From Bigelowiella natans CCMP2755 (Eukaryota; Protista; Cercozoa), in NCBI GenBank assembly GCA_000320545.1, contig ADNK01001577.1, forward strand, positions 1 through 64,000: 64,000 bases of DNA. Reading direction: 5' to 3'. Below are positions 14,599-28,985 of this stretch, in pieces (position 1 is the stretch's first letter; each line of letters starts with the position of its first letter). Below the pieces are notes generated by a model, which was given only the letters and a program-made list of their open reading frames with translations, was not told the origin of the DNA and ran no database searches. Made by a program: the position numbers and the translations under genes.

Positions 14599-15929
14599 CT
14601 ACTCTCGCATTTTCACGTACCACGGTTTGAACACCTTTTGCTCGGGGGGGGGGATACCCAACAGCCTCCGTCGCTTCCTGCGTTTGAGCTTTGCAATCTG
14701 CTCACGCCGACTCTCCTCCTCATCAATTCTCCCGTAGATATCAACGAGTTCCACCTATTACAAGGGTTGATCGATTTTTGTTGGTTTTGCTTATTTGTGG
14801 AAAGGAGGAGGCGGTATGCATGTCCTCACCCGCATTATCAATGGCTGCTCTGGAAGGATGCCCCACATGCTGTGACCTATGCGAACGAGGAAAGCAGTAT
14901 TAGGAGGCGCGTTTCTTTGTGTAACTTCTCCACATTCTTATTTGCGCGGAGGCACCGAATCTACAACTCCGGCTGCTACTACTAAGATTACAAGCGCCAC
15001 TGCGTCTACACATTTTGAACGTAAACAGCGGTGAATGTTTGCAACCCTTTGATGGGTCGCTCTGTTGATACCTTTTGGACCGTAACCCATGAAGGGCTCC
15101 ACGCATACTCGCGCCACCTCTCCCATCTACTCGCCCCATCCACGGATAAAGGTACGACACATAATGGAAGCGATTGTTAGAATGGCAGAAACGCATATCG
15201 TGGTTTTTGAATGCAAACTTAATTCAGAAGTAAATGCGAACTACAGAGAGGCGCTAATCAACGAGGGGGATTATGATGCTGCTGCCTTCTTATACACGCA
15301 TACGCTAACACACACAAATATCAGCTATTGATAATTAGTGATACAAATATAAATTATCAACTATTTAAATCTGTACATAATATGTGTGTATACGATATTA
15401 CGCTTCTCAAATCTGGTGAAATAGCAAAAACTGACCTTCATTGTTGCGACCGCACAGTCAAGGCCCTGAGGGGAAGTCGAAAGATGGTGAGAACAACTCC
15501 GATTGACATAACCATCCAAATTGTTGATATTAGAAGGAAAAAGCCATAACAGACCGAACATCGATGTGCGGGGCGATAATGGAATGCATCTCGAAAGACA
15601 ACTTTTCACATATTGCCGAATTATTTCATGATATGCTTGTTTGTGCGTATTGTAAGCACACTCACGCGAATAACTTGATTCCCCGGCATCTGCGAGTAGA
15701 ACTCGTAGTCCATGTGCTTGCCATTTTCTTTCTGAGAAAATATGAGGAGCATCAGTTAGCGCATAATGATAGAACCGCTCATTGCAATGCCTTTGTTCTT
15801 GCTGCTCTCTTCCACCTTGGTAGTCCATGTTTTCTTGGTTAGATCTCCGTCTTTTCCGAAAACGGCAAGATATATTTGAACCTATCGAACGAATGAGTTA
15901 GGCCTTGTGAAACCCATGCTCTCACACTC

Positions 15930-15977
<48 letters not shown>

Positions 15978-17358
15978 TTCTTTTCTGCAAGCATACAGTT
16001 TATTTATTCCATTTATGCAGTTTGTTTTAAAATTTTTAAAACAAACTAACTGGGATTGAGAAAAAGTGTGCTTTCGAAAGCAGAGGGTTCTTTGAATTGA
16101 AAAGGGAATATATAATGGAGAATGATGAACGATGAGTAGTTGCTACCCTTTCTCCTTGCTGTGGGGGCAGCCCTCGGCCTGAATATCATATCATATTGTC
16201 AAGAGAAGAGAAGAGAAGTGGGGGGAAGGGAAATAAGAACGTCACGAAGAACGTGTTCATGCTTATTTGAAAAATCTTCGTCGTTTCTCTCTCTCTCTCT
16301 CTCTCCCTCTCTTCATATGCATCACTCTCTGCACACAATCACACACACACACACACGCGCGCGCGAAGCACCTCTTTTCACAATCGTCTTATTCCATCCT
16401 GGGTTTATCTACAAGAAGAAGAAAGCAGCAAAGAGCGTAAATCAATCCCGTCTCCAACACTAACAACACAGTCACGATCAAGTCGAACACCCCGCACCGC
16501 GCTAGTATGCTTCCATCTCACCGTCATGTCTAAGGAAGAATGGGATAGTAACACATGCACGCAGGAGAGACGGCCTTTCTGCTCTCATTTCTCTTGTTTC
16601 ATCATCTGAAAATGGAGATAAAATGCTGGCAACGCACGTAGGTTGTTCCGTCTGGCAGCACGATGGGTTCGGGTCGAGGAATGCCATACAAATCCAACGT
16701 ATTCATCACGCGCCCCTGGGAGAAAGCAATGGACGGCATCGAGCGGCATTAAAAGAAAATATATATATTGATGTTGGATGTCATGTCCTCTTTCTACGAC
16801 GTCGCAAAAGGGCTCTGTTATCGAGCCCCAGCATACGGCAAACCGCCATTCTATTGTATTGACATTACCGGAAATTGCACTTCGGTGATGACGGGTTTCA
16901 ACTGATGCATATGTTCAGGGATGTCTGGGGGAGAGAGAACAGACAACGAATAGCAGAGTTTCTTAAGGGGAGTTTGAATTGGAAAAAGCTTCATCAAAAG
17001 TTGGTCTTGCGTTTGCTGTGCTGCTAGAATTAAAAAATTGGGTGCGAGGTGCATTCCTACCTCCTCCTCTTAAGGCCATAAGTTTAAATCTGCGGATGGA
17101 CGATGAAACGGGTGATGTAGACGACGGGCCTCGAGAAGAAGCTGTATGTCTGTTCCTACTACGTCTCCTCGGTTTGTTCGCAATGCCCCCCCCCATGTAA
17201 TCGTTGGAGGGAAGAGGGGACGACTGCGTTGTGTGCTTTAGGATGTCGGATATTGGTGTTGAGACAGACTGGGCGGGCATAATAATCGCCAAGGGTAACA
17301 ACAGAAGGACCCTCGAGGCCATTAAACTACTCCTGTTAAGCGAAGCCGCTACGCTCAT
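14599..17358 (-). CDS. FKBP-type peptidyl-prolyl isomerase with N-terminal signal + transit-like leader
   Basis: Spliced exons give GNQVIR|GLDCAVATMK|MGEVARVCVEPFMGYGPKG|HSMWGILPEQPLIMR|VELVDIYG...VKMRE*, matching FKBP C-terminal motifs. Exon 1 has a hydrophobic signal (RVLLLLPLAIIMPA) and an R/S-rich segment ending MALRGG. Confidence 0.85.
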
Positions 17359-17817
17359 CTCGATCGTCTTATGCTGATCTGCTAGGCTTGTTCGATAAGC
17401 TGTTCATTTCTTGCCGAGTGAAATCAACAACAGAAACTGCTTGTTACGTCCTCGCCGCCTCCTCCATCGTGCACATAATCAGCGTAAAACTTGGGGGCCG
17501 GAGAGGTGGAGGGCGTCCAATTCCGAAAATTGAATAGAGAATAACCAGGAATCTGATACTGCGACTTCGTATTTTGCTTGTCGCAAAACACAATTCCGAT
17601 GTAAATTGTCTTTGCATTGCCTTCGTTTAGAAATATTATCAAGCTTGAAACATCCCAAAGTTTGAAAATCTCTATGGCCAATACTCTCGGCGCATACATG
17701 AGGATGGGTAAAGTAATGACGATTATAATGAACTTATTTACGATATATTTGGCTTGATATATTTACTGAAAAGAGGAATTGATCAGTTCTCAAATCTAGG
17801 CTGCCGGTCCTCCGACG

Positions 17818-19628
17818 ATGAAGCGCTTGTTGCTCTCGATCATGGGGCACACAGATGTACGCAGAGGCGTCAGTGCAAGGGGCAGGCTTGCGGGGTTGTC
17901 AGCTGCATCATCAGGCATTCTTGCCCCTTCATTTCTGGCGAGAACTCCATCGTCTGATAGGTCGGGGAGCGCTTGGTGCGTTCAGCACGCACTGCAAATA
18001 TGTTAACAGGCATGCCAATTTTTAGACAATCACCGTCGTCGGCCCGGTTCTCGAGCGTTACTGGGGGGATGGAGGCATATCCCAAAGATCTGGTAAAAGC
18101 GCAAACAATGCGCATTCAATTGGATCAAGCATGTGTTTCCCTCTTTCATGTCATTATGCGGTGTGCCGAACAGGTAATTAGGAGCAAAGAGAAGAAAGAT
18201 ACCGCTACGTGCATTTTCCTTCACGGTCTTGGCGACACCGGCAGAGGGTGGGCGCAGCAAGAACGATTGGATAAAAACCGATCACAAGAAAAATGATTTT
18301 GAGACCGAAACTCGCCATAATGTGACCTGATGCCGTATATGTTTGGAAATGGCGCTCTACCCTAGGTGGGAAGACGGAGCGCAATTTTTATCGGCAACTC
18401 TCCCTCACGTGAAGTTCATCCTGCCTACCGCAAACTCGATGGCGGTGACTCTAAATATGGGTCAGTATGCGACGCAGATGACTTATACGTCTAACCTGTG
18501 ATGTATTTTCTAACTTCGGGGACAGGATCGTTCTTTAGTTGACGTGCAGCATTCTGTTATCAGCGCTGGGCGCTCATGCTAATCCGTCTCTTTCAATTTG
18601 TTCAATAAAAAGGGATGAAGATGCCAGCTTGGTACGATTTGGAAGGTGCGTATTGCATGCGCCGTGCATTTGTTATTTTGTTTTTAATTAAAGAAGGCGT
18701 GTGTGTATGCGTGCGTATGTATGTGTGTGCGCGTTCGTGTAAAAGCCATCACGATAACAATACAATCTCGATACGAAATATTAACATACGTCCGTGCTGA
18801 CGAAAAAGGCCTTGACCTGCGATCGAACGAGAAGTGCCAAGGAATCGATGATTCCATGGAAAGAATCAGCGATTTGATACAAAAGGTAATAAATCGGCTA
18901 ATTCGCAAATTTTCAATCGCGACAAGGCGCGCACGGTCATCATTGTGAGCCTGTTGAACGAAACATGGAGGCTTTGCTGTGACGATTCACCTCCTCATTG
19001 CAGGAAGTATCTCGTGGAAGAAGCATGCAACGAATCGTGCTGGCTGGCTTTAGCCAAGGAGGAGCTCTCTCATTGTATGCAGGTAAAGTCCAACAGATCT
19101 CATGAAACCTGTCGAAATGCTTGGAATGGGGGGAGGGGGGAGGGGGCGTGGAAGATATCCAACAACACCACGTTATGCTTTTGTCGCGTTGCGGATATTT
19201 ACGGTGTTTGGCCCGTTGTTATGTATTGTGCACATATTGTAATTATTCATCTATTGCTATCATTCGTCTGCTGTTATTAATCATCCTCCTCTCAGGCCTA
19301 CGGCAAAAAGAACAGCTGGCTGGAATTGTAAGTAAACGCATATTTTTAATAGCTCGACATTTGTTAAAAGCTGTAGGAAGTATATACAAAGAATCATTCC
19401 ATCATTGGTCAACTATAACAACACACACTCGTTTTTCTCTCATCGAATCAACCCCCCCCCCCTTTCTCCCTTCCTCCCTCCTTACTTGGCAGATTTGTAT
19501 GAGTGGCTATTTACCGAAACCTAGTTCCTACTTCTCACAGTCATCATCATCAGCATCATCATCATCATCGTCTTCATCCTCCGTAGACCCCGTGTGTTTG
19601 TAGCAAATGTCATGATGATGATGTAGCG

Positions 19629-19660
<32 letters not shown>

Positions 19661-20616
19661 TCATATATTTATATTTAAGTATATATACGTGTATATGTTA
19701 ATTTTCATACGTCTAGCTACTTTTAACAGCTGTCTATTTCTGTTGTTGTGCGTCGTACATGGGCAGGACATTCTGAGCACTCCGATTCGGTTATTCCATG
19801 GCGATGCTGATGACGTGGTCAGTGCGCGACTTCGCGTATTACGGCGTGCATCCGTTCTGAGTTTTTATTCCCTGCAAGCAAAATGAATTTAGACAAAATA
19901 AATTGAGTTTGACCGAGCTGTAACCGGGTAAAAATTACAGCATCGATCTGCAGCTGACGCCATTGTTGCTGATGTTTTCGCGGCTCGAATGGGGTTGATT
20001 CATATGCTTGGTGCTGCCACTAGCTTAGCGCCCATACGCTTGAGAGAGACATCGGTTTTTGTTGTCCAATTGTTCTGGAACAGGTGAAGCTCGAGTACGC
20101 TCATGATTCTCTCGCTTATCTTAAGAAAATGGGGTGTAAGGTTTGCTCCTTTCTCTTTATAGGCAATGTTTTGATACATGTCTATGAGCGAGCGTTCCAG
20201 CTCTACTAAGAGCAATAAGATTGAGACTCTTCAAGCCTTTATTGCTCCCTCAATAAATACAAGATGTGCTTGTGTGGTGTAAGATATCCGAAAAACAGTT
20301 ACTCAATGAAGCGTCTGATCCTTAGGACACCGGTTTGAAAGAGTATGGAATGCTCCCGCATTCCGCATCAATCGAGGTATCTTTTTCACATTCGTAGTAG
20401 CTTTCTATTGGACGATGAACTGAAAATGGTTTTCATGCAGTGTGAGAGTGTGTGCGCGCGCGCGTGTGTGCGTGTGTGATGCGTACGTATGCATACATAT
20501 CTAACTGCTCTTTATTGTGTGCGCTATATATTCTCGCGAAGGAGTTAAAAGACGTAAGGGATTTTATTGCGTCTGTCCTGCCTGACAACGGTAGTGGCAT
20601 TAAGCCAAAGTTGTGA
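17818..20616 (+). CDS. Acyl-protein thioesterase / lysophospholipase (APT1/LYPLA-like, phospholipase/carboxylesterase family)
   Basis: Spliced motifs IFLHGLGDTGRGW, KFILPTA..VTLNMGMKMPAWYDL, nucleophile LAGFSQGGAL, FHGDADDVV, LPHSASIEEL give a full Ser-Asp-His triad. Ends GIKPKL* (TGA 20614-20616). Confidence 0.92.
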
Positions 20617-21767
20617 GGATTGTGATGCTGCCTCATTGCTGCTGGATTTATTTGTGTTTGGAGCTCCGTTCTTGCTTGTTCTTCACGCATGTACTACATC
20701 TAGATATATGGCAGCATTCTAATGGACCACGCTAGCACGGCTCATCGTTGGCCAGTGCATGTGCACATGTGCGCACTCTAGCACTGTTCATATGTTTGTC
20801 GATGAAAAATGCTCTGCTATGCGCCTACTAGCTGCATGACGTGAGAGGCATGCTCATGCGGACTTTAGGTCATCATCATTTTTTTATCTAGCTATCTAGC
20901 TATGCCAGCATGCTGATCTGAGCAATCTAGCTAGCTAGCAATTTAGCTAGCTAGCAATGATTGCACGTGGACTAGCCGGTACAGATCTAGAGATGAGTAG
21001 CGGCAGCGGGGTACTGCTAGCTAGCTAGACTGGTTGAGGTGCGCGCAGCGAAGCATCATCAATGTACGCCTAGCTAAACGTGCTAGCGTGGGCGTTGTTC
21101 AATTATTGCAGTTATTACGCAGCCAATTATTCTAGCAATTAGATCGAACTAGCGAACCCAACTAGCCAACGACAACGTTTGCTAGTTTGTCTTAAATACC
21201 CCCATGCGCACGCGCGCACGCGCGCACGCGCTTGCTAGCTTGTTGCCGTGACGAAAAAAGACTGCATTGCTCCAGCATGCCTAGACGTAAATGTCGTGTG
21301 GTACGACATACGTGTTGCGTCATCAATGCAATATTGAAATAATCATTGAAGCTCTACTTCTGTATACATACACGACTACTACGCCAGCAATCACCGACTA
21401 TAAACCCATCTTCACTCAGTGCTTTGCTGTTCCCAGAATTCGTATGGTGGGTGCCATTGTTCGTTTATCGTCGTTTGAGAGCAAGCAAGCAGGACTTATG
21501 ATAAGAGTAAACGCGCGCTAAACTTAGGGACAAGATGGTGACGAAAAATGGCGGCAAAGAGAGTAATAATCTAGGCTAATTCAATAAAGTGTGTTTCTCG
21601 TTGTGTTCTCATAGATGATTCATTCGTAAGGAAGGAATATAATCCCATCATCAGTGCCCAATGAGCATCGTATCGTGAGATAAGAGCATGCAGAGAGGGG
21701 ACAGAGCGGTGTGGTCCTTCTCCACGCCGCAACACTAAGCTCTCATAACCGCGGCACCGAACTGCTT

Positions 21768-23907
21768 CTATGATTGCTGTGCGTTCTTCTGGAGGGCAGC
21801 TTTGACTATCTTGATTCTCCTGTTCTTGTCTTCCCATTCTTCCATAGCTCTTTCTAAGGCCTGTTGTTGTTGTTGTAACATTTCGTCATGCATAGCAGCA
21901 GCGACAAGAGCAGCACATGTCCAAACGGTGAATGAATCAGGAAAACTGATGATATATCGCATAGAGTCGTCTAGAAGCCCCTCCACACCAACATCGAGAT
22001 CAACCGAAGCTCTCGATTAATCTGTGCGGATTACGAATGGGCCACAGCAATAACAACAACTGCAAGTGCTGCTTTGTACATTGTTCGCTGGACTGTAAAG
22101 AAGCACGAATTTTCCATACGAAAAGAGCATGTACCACGTTTCAACAAAGAGTGTTAATCATCTACCCGCTGCGACATATGAATATGACACTGCTAACCCC
22201 TTCCCTTCGCCATGTCATTGTACCTTATTTGGAACACTGCTGCCTCTTCCTTTGGGCGGCTGAGGAATGGCAGTGAGCTTGCTGCTGCTCGCACCTCGTT
22301 GCCCCCCCCCCCCTCCTTCGATCTTGTTCCAAACCTTTTGGAATATCGACGAAAATCCCGACCCGAAGAGCCCAGAGGCGTTGTTGCTAGCATTTATCTT
22401 CATTCTTGGTGATGGTGGCCCTGTGACGGCCGAATCCCGAGCCTAGGATGTATTTCATTTTCATACAATTTCAGTTTTAGGATGGCTGTAAGATTTCCGC
22501 ACACAATCTCGAGGCGGAGAATAAGATGATTTAGAGCTTGAGTTGACCACCTTCTTGCTGCTCAACGTGATCGGAATCCCCATTACATACACAGGGGGCA
22601 GGGGAGCATCCTCTCTCTCGCCATCCTTCTTATCGTCCTTCTCTTCTTCTTCGTCTTCGTTCTCTTTTTCTTCGCCATTGCAGCTCCTCCCCGATTTCTG
22701 GTCATCGAATTTAACATGACATTTAAGAGTAGCAGCCAACCATCATTCAATGCGATATCACAACCCGTTTCTCCAGCTTTTCTATCAGCTTCTGCAGCTG
22801 TTGCCTCGCCTTTGCATTTTCCCTCTCCAGAATCGTGAGATTTGTCCGCAATTGCTGCATCAGCCGTTCTGGCGATTTTCATACGATGATGCAGCAGCAG
22901 CAAGAAGCAGAAGCAGAAGCATAGATCAGAACGACGACGATGACGATGATTACCGTTTTGTTAGATACGATGAATCTGAGCAGATCTTTCTGTCCCCCCC
23001 TCCCCCCCCTCTGGAATGCCTCGCTCTACATATTGTAGATGCGATGCCATATGGAAGGAAAATTAAAAATCACGCAAACCTTCCTCGCTGAGAGGTTTCA
23101 CCGCTCGAAGTCTCTTCGCTCTGTGGTTAACGCAATTTGGCCATTCAGTGCCGCGAAGTGAACATCACATGTGTTGTGTTGCTGCTCCCGAAATTAAGGC
23201 ATAAAAAGTGATAGACAATCGTAATAATTTCTAGCTCGGTGAGCGGCAGACATCTCTCCTTCGTTTATCTTACTCTTTCAGCTCATTCTGGTAGAGTGTT
23301 CGGGTCTCCTCCATTGCATCCACATCGAATTCAAGAAGACGGAGAAACTGCAATTGTTGCCCATATCAACAGCAAACTAACTCAACCAGTGGTCAATTTG
23401 AATTTATAATCTCTCATTAGAAATTTGTCTCATCCCCCCCTCCCTTCTCCTCTCACAAAACATTCAGCACGAACCAGGTCTTGCTGCTCCCTGTTAAGGC
23501 TCATCGCTTCTATCCGAGATTTAATCATATCTGCTTTCCTGTTAAATGGAGTGAATAAATTGATCTGCATATATAGTCGACAATCTACAGGTTCCATCGT
23601 CTCACAGCGTTAGATTACCCTCGAAGTAGAGCGTTCTCTGCCTCTACTTTCCGGCATCTTGTTTGAGCGCAAGTCATTGCTAATAAGTGCATTTTTGGTT
23701 TAATAACAATAATTTCGTGAAGGCGGTTATTCTTTGAATGAATTACCTTCTTTTAGTAATTCGTTCTCATCTTTCTCCTTATTCAAGGCCCTGAGAAAAG
23801 TAATATCCGAAGTTAAGAAGGAGGCACTTCGGAAAAATTCCTTTCTTTGCTCACCCGACGACGAGCCGGAGGTGGCTTTTCGCATCTTGATCTAAATGCT
23901 TCGCCAT
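21768..23907 (-). CDS. Hypothetical multi-exon coiled-coil protein
   Basis: Exons with canonical splice sites, from MAKHLDQDAKSHLRLVV|ALNKEKDENELLKE through an acidic middle to a last exon ..EMLQQQQQALERAMEEWEDKNRRIKIVKAALQKNAQQS*. No known motif recognised. Confidence 0.55.
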
Positions 23908-24644
23908 CAAATCTCGAGGCAGCTTTACGTAAACAACACAACATCATTAGACCCTTTCTTTTTGGATGTGAGTTCCGAGTTTACTCGCTCTGTGAAATAG
24001 ATCATTTCTCCCAACCGTACCCCAAGCACTCCTACTTTCTATCACTACAATGTATACGAGGGTACCGTGGAGGCACACCCCACTTCCTTGAATTTACAAG
24101 GGTAGCAGTGGGTGGAATCCATAGTGGGCGATGACGGGAATAGGGGGGGAGACTAAGAGCGATGAGAAGCGTGAAAGTTGATGGATTGCAAGAGTACGCT
24201 CGAGGTGGTCGAAAATGTCAAATACAATGCATTTATATGTTTCGACACAATATTTATGCATGTCGCAGACAATATTATACGGCGATTACTTCATATTTAT
24301 TATTCTTCCTTGAACCGAAAGGCGGCATTCAGACAATATTTAAAGCGAGAAAGACCCTATGGAGGATTGATGAGAGACACTTTCATGCTCTGTCGTTCTT
24401 CAAGACAATCCCCGATTTTATCCGGCAGTGACAGCGCCAAAGAATTTCTCAAGTAGCGGCCTCGGATCTGATGAAATCGTTTACGAAAAAGCCAAAAAGC
24501 TGCGGGAAAGAGACTCGAAGAACATCGACATTTACGCGAATTTCGGTGAAAATTTTCCTTCGAAGCGCTCTCCGATGAAAGAAGCGCAGGCGATTTTTGT
24601 CGTTTTTGCAGCCAAAGATTTGATCATATTTACCCCATCCCAAG

Positions 24645-26386
24645 ATGTTAGTGTTTGGTTTCGGGAGGAGGTGGATCCGTAGTTGCGGTCCGAGGCGCGC
24701 TAGCCTATTCACTGCAGTTGGTATTGGGATATACGGCGTATCCATCTCCTCCCGTGATAGCCTTGCATCGGAGGAGAAGAAAGAATGTGAAGTATTGGTC
24801 GTTGGGGGGGGCATTGTCGGAGCAAGCGCAGCTCTGCATGTTGCTCAGGCTCAGCGAGAGAGAGGGCAAGATGTTTCCGTCACGCTGTTAGAGGGTGGGT
24901 TTATAGGTTCTGGGGCGTCTGGGCTGAGTGCAGGGACTATCTGGTGTGGCGGCGAGGCAGCCACGCCCACCCTAATCGATGTTCTTTGCGCAAAGACAAT
25001 GCAGGTACTATCCCAGCTCCAATCGCTCTCCGACAGAAATGCATCACCAGCGAAGGACGACGATACAGAAACGCACAATGAATTCGAAGGGGGGCAAGAG
25101 AATAACAAATTTGACTGCGAGCTCGTAAAATCCGGGGCGCTGTCAATAGCGACAACGCCAGAGGAAGTGCGCTATCTGCGAGAGGCGTTTAAGGCGCAAA
25201 AAGGCCGAGGTCTTGACGTGCAGCTTCTCGACGGAACATCAGCCGTACAAGCCGTTGAGCCGCGCTTGTCGTCACGAGTTTTGGCTGCCATCCATTCCCC
25301 GCAGAGCGGGCACTGTAATCCAGGCCTCTCAAGCATTGCCCTTGCAGACCTTGCTGCTGATTTGGGCGCTAAAATCTTTGAACAAGAGCGTGCTATAGCT
25401 TTGTATAAGGCGAATCCCAAAGGCGGAGATTCAGTCGGAGAGGGGGGGTTGGGAGAGCAGGAAGGGAAGGGGCCGCGGTACCTTGTGCGGACTTCTACTG
25501 GGGCGTCCTGGCTAGCAAGACATGTGGTAATTGCTACAGGGCATAACACAAGGTGGCTGGCAAGGGCCACCGAAGAAGAACAGGAAAATGATTATATTCT
25601 TAATAAGTTTGAACGCAGTAGTAATTGGGAACAAGTTGGAATAAAGGTCCCGGTAGTGGGGGTTAAGGGGCAAATATGGACGACCTCTCCTCAACCTGCA
25701 AATACACTTGCAAAGGTGATATTCATCACAGAATCACATCTCGCTTGGAGGAATTGGTCTTCGCGCAGCTGCAATGAAAACGTAAAACGAGTGGGAAACA
25801 TAACATCATCTTCACCATCATCATCGTCGTCATCATCACCATCACCATCACGTGGAGCATCGAAGGAGTCCTCCTCCGGTATTGCTTCCCCGCCTCCCCC
25901 AACTATCCCCGAGCATTGCACGCACGATGAGAAAGGCATGCGCAGAGTGCGCCACGCCTACGGCCGGCAGCGCAAGGACGGCACGATAATCTTCGGCGGC
26001 GACCGAGTTCGGTGCAGCCACGATCTGGACTTCTCTACAACGACGGAGTCTACCACCGCCAACCGCCGGCATGTCGCCGAATTCGCCCCTGAAATCGCTT
26101 CAATCCCCACAGAGGGGGAGTGGGCGGGCATCATGCCCTTTTCCATTGATGGAAATCCTCTCATCGGGGAGCTATCGAGGATATCGCTTCCCGGGCTGTG
26201 GATCACGATGGGGTTCGGTCCTCATGGAATCATGGAAGGGCCGGGTGCTGCAGCCGCAGTAGCAGAGGCGATAGTCTCCCGTCGTCCACTGCGGCCAGCT
26301 GCTCTGTTTGAGAAGGTACATCCGCTGAGGTCAAGTGAAAACAACAAGTATGCTGTTGGGGTGGAGCTTTTGCAAGGGATGGGTCA

Positions 26387-26418
<32 letters not shown>

Positions 26419-26483
26419 AAACGCGGCTTAAATCCAAAAACAATCGGCTGCAAAACAATTCTAAATTGAAAGTGAAAAGCTGA
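24645..26483 (+). CDS. FAD-dependent oxidoreductase, DAO/sarcosine oxidase/glycine oxidase family; single exon, probable mitochondrial leader
   Basis: 612-aa ORF with Rossmann motif VLVVGGGIVG, GASGLSAG, WAGIMPFSIDGNPLIG and GFGPHGIMEGP. R-rich, acid-free N-terminus. Confidence 0.92.
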
Positions 26484-26519
26484 AATTGTTTCTCATCAAT
26501 TCATATGACTAGATGATAT

Positions 26520-26555
<36 letters not shown>

Positions 26556-27585
26556 TGGTGCAATGTGAGCGTTATTTACGCGCATGTACACAGTAGCCAC
26601 TAGCTTCTGATAGCTTGCAAACGGTCGCACTTGCACATGCAATAACATAAGAACGTGTACCTCTAGACTTACACATGCTAGCATTTCTCTAAGCAAAAAT
26701 GCCGACTTACATCGTGCCGTACACATGTTCATGGTACATATAATCATCTACCAAATTCAATCCACATCATGCTATATACTAATATACTAGTATAGCATGG
26801 CTGCGCGTGTGTGTGCATATTGCTACATTGCTACGCTAGCAATTATAGCAGCACTTTGCGTGACTTCCATCTAGTGCTTCTGTATAGACATAATGCAAAA
26901 TAAATTACAATGAAGCTCATAAAATTAAAAACGTATGCATCAATGCACAAAACTGTGCATGTATCTAGACAGCTGCACAGGATACACGCATTCACAATTC
27001 TGCAGCGTGAATTTGTCCAGTTTTTCACTTGCTTGCATATTTGCTCGTGTTTTGTGCGATAAGAGACATTGTGATGTAATTAAAACCAGCAGTGCGCATG
27101 CTATGCCAAGTCAGCAGCGCATGCATGTACATTTGACACAATTAGATATATGACGTACACATTCGATACGAACTATGCGTCTATTCACTCGCAGCAACTT
27201 TCATGGTTTTATTGACAAAAAATACACATCTTCGTAATATGTTTGTATTCCTCGGAGCCAACAACAAGAGTCTGACCATCGCTTGTGTGATAGTGCAACT
27301 GCTACAGCTTGCAGACGTTCAGGTATATCACAAAAAACAGCACAAGCGTCACCGCAAGGTTTAACACCTACATAGCAGTCATCGATTAAACATCAGCATC
27401 GTTGTGGTGATATGGTGGTGTTTTCGTCAGGGAAATGCTGCAATAAAACATATGTTTTCACGGAATTCAAGCGTTTTTATAAGTGGTGTGTTAGTATCTT
27501 TTGTGTGTGTACACGCTGCTTCTCACTCTTTCTTTCTATCTTTTCTCCCCCCCCTCCCACCCTCTTTCTCTTGCAGCTCGTATTC

Positions 27586-27624
<39 letters not shown>

Positions 27625-27699
27625 ATATGTAAGTTGACCAATGATTCTCTCCCAGCATCATCGGCCCACGCAGCCTTTATGATTTCAACGAAGCGCCCA

Positions 27700-27971
27700 A
27701 AGCTTCCAACCCCACTCTGTTTGTTATGGCGATTGTCAGGTAGTAAACATCAGATATACGCTCGAGCTAGTACATATATATATATATATATATATACATA
27801 GTATAGAATTTTATGTGTGCACATGCCTGTGTGTATATGTGCGTGTGTGTGCGTGAGGATATTAGACAATCCATGGCACCTTAGATGGGGGCCCCGAAAA
27901 GCTCTTTGTTGCGATCATGAGAGGCATCGTGTAATTAGTAAATCTGCTCCATATACAGATGAAAATATACG

Positions 27972-28012
<41 letters not shown>

Positions 28013-28592
28013 GTATTTATATATATGTGTGTGTGTGAGTGTGTGTGTGTGTGTGTGATACTTGCAGAAGGCTGCAACCCAACGCGAAAAACGTCTCCTT
28101 TTCCCCAAGGTTTCTTATTTCAAAAAATAGCGTGCAAAAGGCGCGGCGGCGACCCTAGCACGAGAATGGACGTCCAAACGAGAAACTCTCCAAATGCCTC
28201 TGACATGTAGAGGAATAAGGCCAGGCTCCAAGGAACGAAGACGCCTATCATCGAGAATCATACATCATAAGAAATGTTTTGATTGAAAAGCATTCTAATA
28301 AAGCTGGCTGCGAGCATCGATGATACGGGTAAAGGGGGAAATGCTTGTTTGTTGGTACTCTGCGTGTACTATTAGGCGGGTTTGGTAGGACTGTCGTTTG
28401 CTCTTATATATATGGTCTTACAACACAGAGCATGCACACATTGTCATCACCGAGAATCTTGGAAAGGGCGGGCCTTTGAGTCACTGGGGTAGATTTTGGA
28501 TCGTAATATGATGGAATAATATGAGATAAATATTGATGAGTGTGATTATGTAGATTTGTGATTGTGTGTGTGTGTGTGTGTGTGTGTGCGCT

Positions 28593-28633
<41 letters not shown>

Positions 28634-28947
28634 AAAAATAAATTGAGTGTGTTCGTGTAAGCAACAACAACACACGCAATACAAAGCAGCCCCCACCTTG
28701 CTCCAGATTCCGTGAAATGAGAATTGTGTATATCGGCAGGGGGGGGATAATCGCCCAGACGAACGCAAAACTACTCATCATTCCCTTTGAAGAAGAGACA
28801 GTAGCAAGTTAAATGCAAAGAATAGCATAGAATAGCATAGAATAGCATAGATTAGCATATAATTTATGTGGGCGCGCGCGAGCGCCGTCTCCCCTTCTCT
28901 CTCTCTCTCTCTCTCTCTCGCTCGCTCGCTCTCTCTTTATACATATA

Positions 28948-28985
<38 letters not shown>

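Noticed and set aside
24162-24456. Small ORFs upstream of the oxidoreductase
   Set aside because: No recognisable motif or consistent splice model; may be promoter or UTR sequence.
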